Shown here one piece after another: positions 48,485-61,039 of a stretch of DNA of 62,222 bases. The position numbers were made by a program, and so were the translations under genes. The notes beneath the pieces are model-generated. The model did not search any database and was not told the DNA's origin. It saw only the letters and a list, made by a program, of their open reading frames with translations. The DNA comes from Phoronis australis. Its lineage: Eukaryota > Animalia > Phoronida. Position 1 is the stretch's first letter. Each line of letters begins with the position of its first letter. Where the stretch lies: assembly GCA_002633005.1 (NCBI GenBank), contig NMRA01001059.1, positions 1 to 62,222 on the forward strand, written 5' to 3'.

Positions 48485-48704
48485 CATAGACTATAGATAG
48501 GGACTGCCAACTGCCGTTAGAGCGCGTTGCGCATGTCGCGGTCCACGGGATATAAGCACTAACGATGAGAGGGCGCTGCACACGCAGGATAGAAAACTTC
48601 CGGTTTTACGGAGCGGTCGTTCCCTCGTTTTGAGTCCTGCTCACGTCATTTGCGTTAGGCCGCGAGACTTCACGGAGTCGCGAATCTTTTTACTAATATC
48701 TATG
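48485..48704. mobile_element. P-superfamily-like MITE (220 bp)
   Basis: CATAGA...TCTATG termini with exact 7-bp TSD GTGAAGC (48478-48484, 48705-48711). Confidence 0.7.
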
Positions 48705-51700
48705 GTGAAGCAGACGACGGAAACGGAGTCGTAGTGCGCAGCGCCACTACCGATCGCCTGGGATATCCCGGGAGAGCCTACACTTAGCCATAGTTCTGAT
48801 ATTATAATACTCTACATATTTAGTGATTGGTCAATAAAAACCACATGATCATATCCAATCATATCATTGGCTGTTACAGTTTGTTCTCAGAATTTTCTAG
48901 AATCTTTACAGTACTTTGACCACACAACCCAAAGTTGTACAAAAAATAGATTTTGACATTGAAGTACATGTCAACAAGTTTGACCCCATGATTTAAAAGT
49001 ACATATGCACAAATTTTGGGCAACTTAAATTGGATCTATTCTTACTAATTACTTAATCAATATTTATTCTGACAATGTTAATTACCGGGGTTAATAAACT
49101 CAACAATTTCCTACGCTCTTGCTGCATAACGTAGAATTGTCGTGAGGACTTGACAGGGACCTCAGGGGTCTCACACTCCCCTGATTTATCCACATTATTT
49201 TGAAAACGCTTTGCCCAGTCACACTTTGTGTATCATAAAAGAGATAAGCACACCTGCAGCTGACGCAGCAAGTAGAACTACTCTCGTTTATCACATTGGT
49301 GTAGACTCACAGTTGAACTGTGGTATTCTGTTGACCCCAGGTCGTCCGGAGTTGCATCATATACCATCTCCGGACGGTCTCTCACCGACAATTTAGCGTT
49401 ATGGTTTTATTTTTTGCGGCAGTCAAGGGTGGGGGGCGTTGTGTGATGTTTCCCCTCCCCCCACCACGCCCAGACACAAGCGATTACTAAGCTGTGTCAC
49501 GGGTGCTGAAACAAAGCTGCGGGCATGCGAACATTCGGCCTGCATCATATGAGGCCGCTGTGGATGCCTTAAAGTGGTATATCCACACACACTTATGGTT
49601 GGTCTATGGTGTGTATGTACTCATTTTTAACACTATAAGGTACTCATTACTCCGATCTTTCACTACGAATGATACATCCTGACTGCAGTCACTGGGTAGC
49701 TCGTTTAGCCAAACTGCTGTTTTGCTTCTTTATGAGTTTCTTTGTTTTTCTACAGTAAACATTAATGCCATTTACTCAAAGCATCAGTTTACCCAATTTT
49801 TACTGCATTGTGTTACAGGAATTATGGATAAAAATAATATTGCCTGTACTTTCTTCCTAGCCTAAGTCAGACTTTAATCAAAGTTGAGCAAAAGGTGACA
49901 GCTTAGTGCATGCACCTCATCATTTTTATATGAGCTAAACTATGATGGAGAATTTGTTGTATAACGTTCAAGCATATACACAACAACATCCCTTGAATGA
50001 ATGTGCTTATTTAAGAAAGCATGTGAAACTTAAAAAAATAATTCGAATATTAATTTGGCCAAAGACTAATGACATTTTCAGTCGCAAATTAGATCTACTG
50101 GCATGCGCGCACCCAGCCTAAAATTGAGGGGGGGGGCTCGAATTTTTCCTTGTGCGGACCTTATACTGAAAAAACAAAGCGAGGACTAAAAACGGGGTAC
50201 TAGGTTCAGACCTATGAAATGTCCGTTCGCGCCGATTTCTCGTGGACGTTTGTCTCGTTTTCTCAGACTTTTTCTTCCTTTGAGGCGGACCTTTTTGCTC
50301 AGTTCGCCAAATGTAGGAGTGAACTCATGTACTGAACATCCAATGACTGTGCTGAAATATTTGTGCATCCAACAGTGTGTGTACATCGTTCCTATTCTAT
50401 ATCAATGTATCATGTTCAGTTCTACACCACTATACTTCTAGATAAATGAAATACAAAAAGTTCTTCTGGATCCATCTTATTATTATTATTGTTGTTTTCA
50501 ATTAACTCTGGAGAGTGCTAAAGTTTTACAATGTATCCGGTTTCTGAAACTTTGGTTCAAATTGTGTTTTATTACCACTTCTTGATTAAACAAATTATGA
50601 AGGGACAAAGATTGTTTATTTTATATAAGCTCAGTTGTTAGAACTACAAGCGTTATTTGATTTTCCTGTCATTTCTTTGACTTTCTTGAGTCCTGATTTG
50701 ATCTGTAGTTTTTGAAAACTTTCCATTGGCTTTGTGCAATGCTTTGTTCAACGTTTTAAATAATAATGCGATTTTGAGTACGTGTTTAAATCTTTCGTGT
50801 TTTTAATGGACTCATTGGTTCGTCTATATTAACCCCGTGTTCACAAATTCATACCACAGGAAGCATGGTTATGAACTATACGTATGGTTATATCCCTCAA
50901 ACTGTTTATTAAACCAATGTAGTTGGTCAAAAGTAGTTTTGGAGTATGGGTTGGATGTGTCTGTCAGCGATTAGCCTCGTGCTAATTGTAATTAAACATT
51001 GTTTATGATAAAGGCCTAAAAATTTTGAGACCACGCGACCAATCGAAAAGTATCAGCGAATCTGATGATGTTCTTTGAGGAGTAAGCCATTATCGGTGGC
51101 TTCGCTGCAAGAAAACAATGGGTATAAATAAACTGCTGATTTTTGGAACTAGTTGATTTCTGAAATTGAATTCATTGTCGCAAAAAGTTAAACTAGGCCA
51201 ACCGATGAAATGCTGTGTTAGGTTTTGATTATCTGGTACCGATTAACAACTAAACTCTAGGTCCACGTCAGTACCAACAGAGACCGTCTTTGGTATGGTA
51301 CGAATCGTGATGCGCTTGTGGACTACTCTCTACTGTCGTCTCCGAGTGAAGAAAACGGGGTGTTTTTTGTGTAATGACAAACTCGAGTTCGGTGCGGTTC
51401 AGTAAACAAAAAAAATAGCCAGTGTAGACTGCTTTTTATTACTAACAATAGGGAATGGGAAGCCTGCATTTCTTAGGCAAACAAACGAGTTTCCGAGGTA
51501 GTTTAGTCACCTTCAGATTGAGCATTTGCATTCTTAGTCGGGGGCATTGGTTGACGTCGCTACCGACAGCGCCGCTGCGTTCCTGATGACATTATTGTTG
51601 GTTGCGTTTTGTGGACGCAGGAAACTTGTAGAATCTAAGTCTTCGCGAGATGTCACCATGCAGAAACCGTGAAGTACGTAAACGTACTCATCGCTAGCTT

Positions 51701-52003
51701 TCATGGCGACTACCTTGAGTTCACAAAACGCGACCCTGCTGCTTGGTGACCCGAAATAATAATAGACGAGTCCATTTCATAAATGGTAAGCGAAATCTAA
51801 CACTTATAACATTTCAAGTTTTTAAAGCCATTTTGCTATTTTCTTTGATCATAGAAACATCAAAAATATAAATAAATGGTTCGCACAACTTTTTTTAGTT
51901 GAAAAGTTCAACTCTGTGATTTTGTATCGTCTACAACCTTCGGCCACAAGGAAATAAAATGCTGCCTGCCACTGTTAAACCTCGAAAACGAAGGGAAAAC
52001 AGC

Positions 52004-52058
52004 ATGGACGACAGACTTGGTTTTATAATTCTCGTCATTTTACCCCTTTCTGTTGCTG
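52004..52058 (+). CDS. Putative first coding exon (signal peptide) of downstream F-type lectin-domain gene
   Basis: ATG GAC GAC AGA..; MDDRLGFIILVILPLSVA with hydrophobic core, ending GCT G|gtaagt (phase 1), which matches the phase of the 59645 exon; in-frame upstream ATG at 51959. Confidence 0.6.
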
Positions 52059-52789
52059 GTAAGTTAATCACTGAGTTAATCTCGAACCACTTTATATTTA
52101 AGAACTGTCAAAGCACTTCGTGTACGGGTTATTTTTGTGGTCAGATGGACTCTTCGATCGTCAACCTGTTGCTTGTCATAGATTCGGTGGGTGTAGTAGT
52201 CGCCTGTTTCGGTTTATCTTCTTCGTTCTCATTTTGGAGCCAGTGGGGAAAAAGGGAATAGATTCCAGATTATTAATCGACAAATCTTTGCGTTTGACCT
52301 TCGCAAGTGGAAATTGGTTATGTAGAAATTTCCACATGCCAACTGGCAAGTACCACTGACTGCAACAGCGGAATTGTCAATCATGAAACGTCAATGTTAC
52401 GTAGAGGTTCATGTTCAATATTGTTAAGTGCAAGACTGCTGCAACCTTTTCTATCTTAATGTTGTTTCTGATATAATTTTTGATCCGTCTTAAGTTTTGG
52501 CTGCCTGTCAGTTTTCATCACTTCACACAGCTGTACTAACTCATCACTGACACTTTCCTCCTAAGTCTAGTTGCCGCGGATATTTTTTGATGAGATTGTT
52601 GTAATTTCGTTGGCTGTTACGGTTTGAAGCTCTCCAAGTGATCATAGTAAGTGAAAATGGGCCCAATTGAGTGGCCTGCGCACATCTGATGCTGGACACT
52701 TTCCGTGTTTTGTATGTCTTACGTAATTCACCCCTTTTCTTGAGCGCCAGTAACGTGGGTGCGTGGGTGACGAGAGGGCCAGTACTCTG

Positions 52790-53640
52790 GGCCATGCTAG
52801 CTCATAGGTCAGATTGGTCGATGTCAGGATAATTCACACATCGCTAATCAGGGGCCCCGCATTGGTGCCAATTATGATATCAAGAATGCCACTTTTGTCA
52901 AATATAATTTCCAAATTTAAGATTTTGCCTTGATGTGCATGCATTTTAGCGGTCAGCAGTTTTTGTATGCATGCTTTTAAGCCTTGAAAAGCACTACAAC
53001 ATTTATAATTCCTTGAACTTGGCTTACTGGACCCCACACTCGATCTTGACCACACACATAATGAAAATGTCGAGGCCCCCAGCACAAACTTTCTAGATCC
53101 ATTTTCTTAGTGCTTTCATAAGTGTAGAAACGTATAGACTAGTTCACGCCGACAGGAGGCGCGTTACAAAACGAGGCTCGCTACGATAACTCTGTTGGCT
53201 TATTATATTATATCGGGTAGTTGTAGTTCGTGTTGCTCGCACGGCTAGGAAAAATCTGGACACTCATCTGTCTGTTTTACAATACCCTGCTAAAGACTTT
53301 GAGATTTGGAAGCGTTGGGTCGTTGTTATACGCCGTGACGACGGAAAATATGTCCGTGTAAAATTTGTAAAAAATTAGATCATATTTTGTCGCATCTCGG
53401 TTGCCGAGCATAATATGAGAAACAACCAGAGAATCTTCGGTCTTCAGGTTCGTGACTGCGGGTTGAAACATGATACATTTGCTTTCCAAAAAGGACAGGG
53501 CTCTCAATCCCTCGATATTGGGGCTGAATATCGGCATTATTAGTGATTGAAAATTTCTCACCGAAGTTCAAATCACCTGTAACCATGCACACAAGTCACG
53601 GTGACAATTTGAATGAGCAAAAAATGCTACTTGAGACAGA
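52790..53640 (-). pseudogene. Very degraded LINE endonuclease fragments
   Basis: VTGDLNF (GDFN-like) and ILDIIIGTN..LISDV motifs in short - strand ORFs. Confidence 0.4.
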
Positions 53641-53789
53641 GCCTATGAGAGCTTGCAACAGGGCGGGAGTGCTATTGATGGTGATCGGGAGACAGATTTT
53701 TCACCTCACTCGGCGAAAAAATTCTCCTCTCAGAAGGTACAGGCACACAACCTTTCCCCTCGGGTGAACGAGGCCCCTGAAGAAACATG

Positions 53790-56206
53790 ATAACTATGCT
53801 CGCTCTTTCCAGTTAACAGAAATTGAGCTCTAAAACGAGGTTATGCTTAATGGATGATCGAATTAGGTGTTTAAATTTTAAAATTCAACTTGGTGCAGAT
53901 TGATATTTTGAACCTAACACGTGCAATAGACGCAAGAATCATTAAAACCAAGAAAGCAGAATTGATAGTCAAATGATAAATATGTGGGCGCATAAAATTT
54001 AAGTTTATTGTACAATTCCGGAATTTCAGAATGTTCTTTGTAAACATTGGGTTATTGTTCGAGTGTCTGGAAAAGTTGTACCTTTTGCTCCCTGCATACC
54101 TTACAAGCAAAGAAAACATGAGGATATGTCTGGGTATCTCCACAGGAATACAAAGGCGAAATATTATTAGAATTATGTCTAAACTTTTCTCGTTGTTTAG
54201 GAAGAGACCGCATCTTGATCTGTATAGGGTTATTTTATGATTGCGAGGAAGTTCGAATGATGTCAATGGGACTGGCAAGTCTTGAGTAGTGGTATGCATT
54301 TTAAAGTTATTTTTGAGAGTGACGATTGAAGCGCTTTCTTTTATTTTGAATGGTAAGGAATTCCAGTTGTCAATACAAGTTAATATCGTTGATCTCCTGA
54401 AGGCTTGGTTGATGGAAGTGTGCATATTACTTTGCTGCAGTCCTGGTCTCGTATTTGGTGTTTTGTGGGAGTCAACGAGGATTTTGTTAGAGTAACTGTT
54501 TATGTTGGTTAAGACTTTGAAGGTATGCATGGACAGGTGGAGTTTACGACGGGTTTCTAGTTTGCTTCAGTTGTGACTGTTTAGAACCTTGATTGTGTTG
54601 GACCCTTTGTATGCCCCGGTTATGGCTAAAGCTGCTTGGTATTGTAGTCTTTCTAATTGAAGAAGTATGCCAGCGTTTGCGAATTGGTAGACTGTGTCAC
54701 AACAATCTTGATGTGGAAGTACAAAAGACTTGAACAAAGTTTCAAGATACATGGAGTTGAGATGACGAGAGATAATTCTAATTGGATTAATTAATTTTTG
54801 TACTTTATGAACGAGTTCGCTACCATGAGGAGTAAATGTTAGCTTATGGTCTAGTAGCAAGCCAAGATGTTTGTGCTTGAACTTATTGGGAATAACTTCC
54901 CCCATTGAGTGATAATCCCATCGTTGGATTTGTTTGGAAGTGAGTATTGTTAGAGTTAAAAAATATAAGATCAACACTTTCATCTTCCATTTGTAAGACC
55001 AGTCATAGAGTTTGTTAAGGTCAGTTTGCAATTGTAAGGAGTCATGGGGATGCTCTTTTGAGAATGGGTGGAAAATTGCAGTGTCATCAGCATATAAGAA
55101 TGTTTTAGAGTTTATTGTGTCTGGATCATTGATGTACAGTAAAAAAGTAAGGGCCTATTACGCTTCCCTGTGTTAATCCAGCATTTACGAAACCTGGTGC
55201 TGATGAAGGTGGTAAGACACCCACAATTCGGACTTTGTAAGTTCGATATTCCAGATATGATTTTAAAAGTAAGAGGAGAGTGCCTGAGAAACCGTAAGAT
55301 TGTAATTTATGTAGAAGCAGGTCATGGGGAACGACATCAAAAGCTGACGCAATGTCTAAAAATAAGGATCTCACGTTGTACCCTTGCTCAAACTGGAGGT
55401 GGGTGTCGTGTACAAATTCTGTAAGTTGGGACACAGTGCTGTTACCAGGCATGAATCCAAATTGGCGACGATATATGAGGTTTTGTGAAGAGAAGTGGTC
55501 AAACATGTGTTGAGAAAGGATTTTTTTCTAAAATTTTGGATAAGGTGTTAAGTAGAGTTATGGGGCGATAGTTGGCAATGTCTGTTTTGGAGTTCTTTTT
55601 GTGTATTGGTATCATAACGCCAAGCTTCCAGTTCGAAGGAAATTTTCGAGGTTGTAGTATTTTGTGGTATAATGTTGTCAGAGGAACTGTAAGCTCTCTT
55701 GCTATTATCTTGATCATTTTATTGGTTATGAGATTGGTACCGTCGTTTTTGTTTTCGTCAATGTTTTCAAGTAGTTTTCTGACTTCAGTTGGTTGGGCTT
55801 GTATGTCAGAGAGGTGTTCTAAAGTTCTGTTTGGGAATTCGGGAAAGTTTGTGGTTGGTGCAATGTGACTCTTGACGGTGAAGTAGTCTAGAAATAACTT
55901 ACTTTTATCAGCTTCGGATGACGCCTGAGAGTTGGATTCCTTTGAGTGGATGGTGGGGTAGGATGACTGCTTTAGTTGTCCTCGAATTTTGTGTACTATA
56001 TCCCAGTATTCCATAGAATTTTTTGAGACATTTTTGATATTGGAGATAACTTTCATCTTATAGTCTTGTTTTGTCTTTTTAATTAGTTCTTCCACACTCT
56101 TGCACTGTTCTTTGTAGCACTTGAAAGTGCACGGGTTATTTGATTTTCTGAACGATTTGTACAGTTTATATCTTTTATTTATTTCAGACTTAATGTTATT
56201 GTTTTC
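53790..56206 (-). mobile_element. 5'-truncated, degraded CR1/L2-group LINE (RT region)
   Basis: FPSNWKLG..PIHKK..NYRPITLLNTLSKILE, QFGFMPG, LDIASAFD.V.H, QGSVIGP, YADD (55085-55096), KHLGL; many frameshifts. Confidence 0.9.
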
Positions 56207-56809
56207 ATTATTGTTTGCAATTAACTCTGATGAATCTTAAAGTTTTACAATGCATTCAGTTCCTGCAACTTTAGTTCAAATTATGTGTCATTTAGATTTC
56301 ACATCTCTAACTTTAATCTTTTCGTCTGCTTTTAACAAGAGAGATATTAACCGACTGTAGCTTTGCTTGCATGAATACTTGATCTTGCCTCGTCACGATC
56401 GAGACTGCGGTCCTAGTGATCCCAGCGCGCTGTGCCCGTCATCAAACTCCCGGAATCTATTTCAGTTCTTTGACTTTCTCATCAAAATCCGTTTCTTTCG
56501 TTTACATTTTCGACGTCTTTAACCGTTTTTCGTGCTTTTCACTGTTAGAAAACCATTACGTTTTCTGGTAACTTGGCTCGACACAACTCAGCGCGCCGCT
56601 GAATTCCTTAGCAACACCGACTGGATCGTCACTTTCCAGCACCGGGACAGCGGACGCAAACTCATTCTCCTAGTTGTTCCTCCGCCAACCGTAGGCCTAA
56701 TGGATACGTGGCCGCAGGGCAGCCGATCAGGCCTGTTAGTAGTATGTGGACCGCTTCAGATGCCATTCTGGGAGACCGGATAAGTATATATGCCGGCACC
56801 TAGTCGGAA

Positions 56810-57370
56810 TCACGACCGCCAATGTCCTCTGAACTTGAAACCGACACAAATGGCCAATAACCGACGCATTTCTCGGAACATAGAAAATTTCGCACACGAT
56901 ACGCAGGGGACACTATGAGACTTGTAGCCGCGCTCCGACCTTGGCAGCGTGGACCCCGCAATTAAACTGCCGGACTTGACCGCGCCGGACCGCCGTCTGG
57001 GGAGTATTCAGTTCACAGATATCTGGGACACGACTAGGGACCGTATCCCGGCCTGTCCGTCGACCCCTCTGTATGCTTACCTTTGTTAGTCAAGGCTCCT
57101 TGAGAAAGCGACACAAATGGTCAATAATCGACACATTTCGTAAGACTTAAAAATATTTCAACCCAACGTTTCTGAAACCATAGACTATGTTGTCTATAAT
57201 CTATGCTGAAACCGACACAAATGGCCAATAATCGACACATTTCTCGGGACTTATAATTATTTCAGTGCAACGTTTCTCAAGAGAAAATGTTTCGATTATT
57301 GGCCATTTGTGTCGGTTTCAGAAACGTTGCTTTGAAAAATTTAAGTCCAACGAAATGTGTCGATTATTGA
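56810..57370. repeat. Modular repeat block B (homologous to block A), ending in a foldback
   Basis: Same ~70-bp units at ~56837, 57104 and 57208, inverted units at ~57283-57369, and a GC-rich module homologous to 47110-47300. Confidence 0.75.
57179..57205. mobile_element. 27-bp P-like relic (both termini only)
   Basis: CATAGACTATGTTGTCTATAATCTATG flanked by exact 7-bp TSD CTGAAAC, interrupting a repeat unit. Confidence 0.75.
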
Positions 57371-57559
57371 GATGACGAGCAGTGACGGAGGTACGTAAAA
57401 AAAACCAGTCACGCTCGGTATCACGGCGCCAGTGTGTCAAGTGCGGTATTCCACTTCAGAGTGTAGAAGTCCGTTACGTCAATCCGCCGACGTATATTTG
57501 AAGTGCTATTCTAGAAGTCTGACGTCAGTGTAGTTCTGTGAGGGTAAAATCGGTCCTCT

Positions 57560-57689
57560 GTGCAGCAAGCACCCACTCTTGACTTTTCAAAAATTTCGAT
57601 TTTAAGCACCCATGCTCGGCTTACCGCCCACCCCTGTTTTTTTAGATTCCCAATTTAAGCGCCCTGGGCGGTAATCCGGACGAGTACGA
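57560..57689 (+). mobile_element. pogo-like right terminus (degenerate)
   Basis: TAAGCACCCA/TTACCGCCCA/TTAAGCGCCC repeats then TGGGCGGTAATCCGGACGAGTACGA+TA. Confidence 0.6.
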
Positions 57690-59644
57690 TATTTGCGATT
57701 TTCTGTTGACGCTGCACAAATGTTGGTTTATCTTCTGTTTAACAATACTATATTTTTAAATAACATAGAAAATAAATCCGAGACTAAAAGAGGCGATCCA
57801 GATCCTAAAGGATACACTTGTGTGAGGAAAAGTAAATGGATCCATTCTACACACAAGTGTATCCTGAATTGCCTACATTAGTTTCGGATTTATTTTCTGC
57901 ATAATTTATCATATCTAATCTGAAGCATCCATCAAGTGGATCCTAGGAGAAGCAACATGAATGGAAAGAAGTTTGATCAAGCAAAAACATCAGTAGATAA
58001 GCACATCATATATCTACATCATTTTAATACTCTATCCAACTTCAAGAAGAAGATTTGCTTCCCTAAAGGAATGGATCTCAAAAAGACTCCCGCAATAGAA
58101 TGCAACAACTTGTTTTGATACAAATGGAATATGATCCATTTTGTTGTTTTATTTACGTATACATTCTATATTTCGTAATGATTTCTGACTTCTTCATTCA
58201 TCATTTGGTTATTGTCATCATGTTCGTTATCGCTACCATCATCAACATCATCATCATTGTCATCATCAATTTATTTTCAGTCAAATTCACCAAGTGTTGC
58301 CCCTTCGAGCGTTTTCATGTTATTTTTTGGTTTAATTCTGTATCTTGGTCTTTGTCAGATTCTCTTGTTATTACTGCTCTAACTTACAGGGGTCACTCAT
58401 TTTGAAAACCAGTTTTCTCCAACGAATTAGGGGCATCAAACTGGTTCTCATAATTCAGTTCCGTTGTGACCCATGTAAGTGACAATAGCCCTTATCACTC
58501 AATATAGGTTCACCACAACATCACTCAAGCAATGTACTCTCCCAAGAACTAGGTGGTAGTGGCAGATTTGAAACAAAAGCTACATTTGATTGTGTTTCTT
58601 GTAAATGAAGTATATTTCATCACTGGGGAATATGCGAGGGTGTCCCAGAACTTTTGAGTGCGGGTTGGGCAATCTACATGCCTGTAAACTCGATCGAGCC
58701 ATTCAGCTAAAAACAACTTGGGTGGTAATTGAATTTCTATAGCCTGGCCATATATTGCTGACACTCAGAAAATGTCACCTCCACTGACTCTGACTTGGGA
58801 TCTCTCAGAGTCTATAGAAATAATCACCTTGGCATGACCGCACAGAAGCACTTGCGACATTGTGGAATCCATGTTCCTGTCACCTCTTAGACCACAGTCT
58901 TGAACTTTCCAGAATCTACCCAATTATTCTACAAACACATATGCTCTAGAATGTTCCAAACCACTTGTTCTATATTAGTCACTAATATGCTAGAATATGT
59001 TAGAATGTTGTCTAGTATGCTATTGTAAACAGCTTACATCATCACTTGACCTCATGGGTCATGTCAAACAAGCGTGATCTTCTAGTAAACAAATAGAGAA
59101 TAGCAAAATAAGACGTATAGAAATAAAACAAATGTCAGTCTTCTTCAGACCCTTTGTTTGCCATTGCTCTCCTCTGTACAAAATGGTGGTTTGAATTGTA
59201 GATCACTAAAGATTATTTCAGGGATAGCAACTTCAAGTAAAATTACATCTCAAACATTATGTTCTGATCATGTAATTTTGTAGCAAAAGCATAGGCTTTT
59301 TTATTATGAAATGTGGGAATTATTTTTGTTTCTATTGTTATTGTAATTTCAGCCAAATGTAAAACGCGCTTCCTCTCCCTCCCTTGCTCTACACCGGCCT
59401 CTCTATCTCTCTTCAACCTTCCCGAGTCCCTTCCCTCTTCTCTCTGAATTCAAATTTAAAATGATTGTTCCTGATATTTCTTCAGACTTGGCATTGACTT
59501 CTATGTTACCAAAATGTGTTTTACATGGTTAACTGCTAATTCATATTTCTCTATGCTTAATGACCATTCTTGTCAAAGACATTGTCTCCTCAGTTTTGTT
59601 GTTTCCCTAAAAATAACTTCTGTATTATTGTGGTTTTATTTCAG

Positions 59645-59848
59645 TGAATATCGCTGCTAACAAACCAACTCAACAGTCCAGCACATATGCTGGTTCCACA
59701 TCTTCAAAAGCTGTGGATGGAGACCTGAGACAACACTACACCCACTGTGCTAACACACTTGTTGAGAAGGACCCCTGGTGGAGAGTTGACCTGTTAGCTG
59801 TGTACTCTATTTCTGATGTTACTATAGTGAACCGAGATGACTGTTGTG
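59645..59848 (+). CDS. F-type lectin (fucolectin/FTP) domain exon
   Basis: tttcag|TG AAT...TGT G|gtaaat; NIAANKPTQQSST..KAVDG..CANT..DPWWRVDL..VTIVNRDDCC. Confidence 0.92.
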
Positions 59849-60116
59849 GTAAATTTTACCTTCATTTGAAATAATTTGATGAAGTCACAATTCACTAAAA
59901 CTAATTTTTATATACCGACTTAGAGTTGCTATAAATGTGTATTCATAAAAAATAAGTTGTGATTTAGTGTAATGGTGTGGGTCATGAAATTGGTCTCACA
60001 TTGTTCCTTACTCAAATTAGAGCTGATAGCTGGACTTGACCAGTCAGGTCATTGGTTCAGATCAGGCTCAACAAGTTTGTACCATTAGGGTGTTCTCCTG
60101 TTCAGTGACTAGGTAA

Positions 60117-60414
60117 TGATATTATCTAGCTCCTTGGTTTACTGCCGAGCACAGTCTTTTGTCTGGTATGACAACATGCAGGCCAATTATCTACCAAGCT
60201 TATTACCGACCACATGTGAACACAGTCAAACCCAGTGCGTTGGTACGTTCGGACAGAATAGATTGTTTTAACTTCTGTTGTATTTGGGGTGATTTTGGTC
60301 ATTCAAAACCTAAACATAATCAGCATTTGACGAGGAATTCAGAAATGCTATTGCCTTATGTTCAAACATTAAACAGCTAACTCAACTTTATTTTTAACAG
60401 CACAGCCCAGTCAT
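60117..60414 (-). repeat. Dispersed repeat, copy 2 (inverted)
   Basis: Reverse complement aligns with 43534-43802. Confidence 0.8.
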
Positions 60415-61039
60415 GCTAGATAGGATCTTATGCGAGATTAGCGCAATTATCGAACAAAAGAGAGCTGGCCCTCCCACCATAAATGCCAGAATGTACTTAA
60501 TCATTCAGTACAGGCTACAGTGGTCATCCGCCCAACTTGTTGTTGTGGTATACAACCGAACAAGTTGAACTCAACGGGAGAATGCCATACTTCTACCAGT
60601 TGCCTTGTCTTAGCCGTCAATTTTATGCATGAAACATGTCTGGTCACATTAACATTCTGGGAGCTCTTTACATGCTATGAAACTAAAGCAGGGCAGAGGA
60701 TTGGTTTTATTTTACATTAAAAATTAACACATGTATGATCACAGTTATTTGAAATTAGGCCTGACTAGGACCTTGTAAAGTCTTGGTGATTTTATACCGC
60801 TAGGTGACGTTCTTTGACTAAACAATGGGCAGACACCCAAGGATTAGTCTTAACTTTTCTAATCTTGTCAACTGACTGTACTTCGGGAGCAAGTTTTCTG
60901 TTATACAGAATTTGTTAAATGCACGACACTTTTCATTTTTCATAGTCTTTATTCCATTATATTTGTACTTTCGGAACAAAACTCTACTCTCAACTGAACA
61001 TAGATACAGTAACTGACCTAGCGACATATTTAAAAGACA

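Noticed and set aside
46990-57370. CRISPR-like array of ~35-bp GAAACCGACACAAATGGCCAATAATCGACACATTT repeats
   Set aside because: The ~35-bp spacers are homologous to one another (a ~70-bp tandem unit), orientation flips, there are no cas genes, and the context is eukaryotic.
58100-58405. Hydrophobic ORF as a possible TM or signal exon
   Set aside because: Derived from (CAT)n low-complexity sequence; no suitable donor site.
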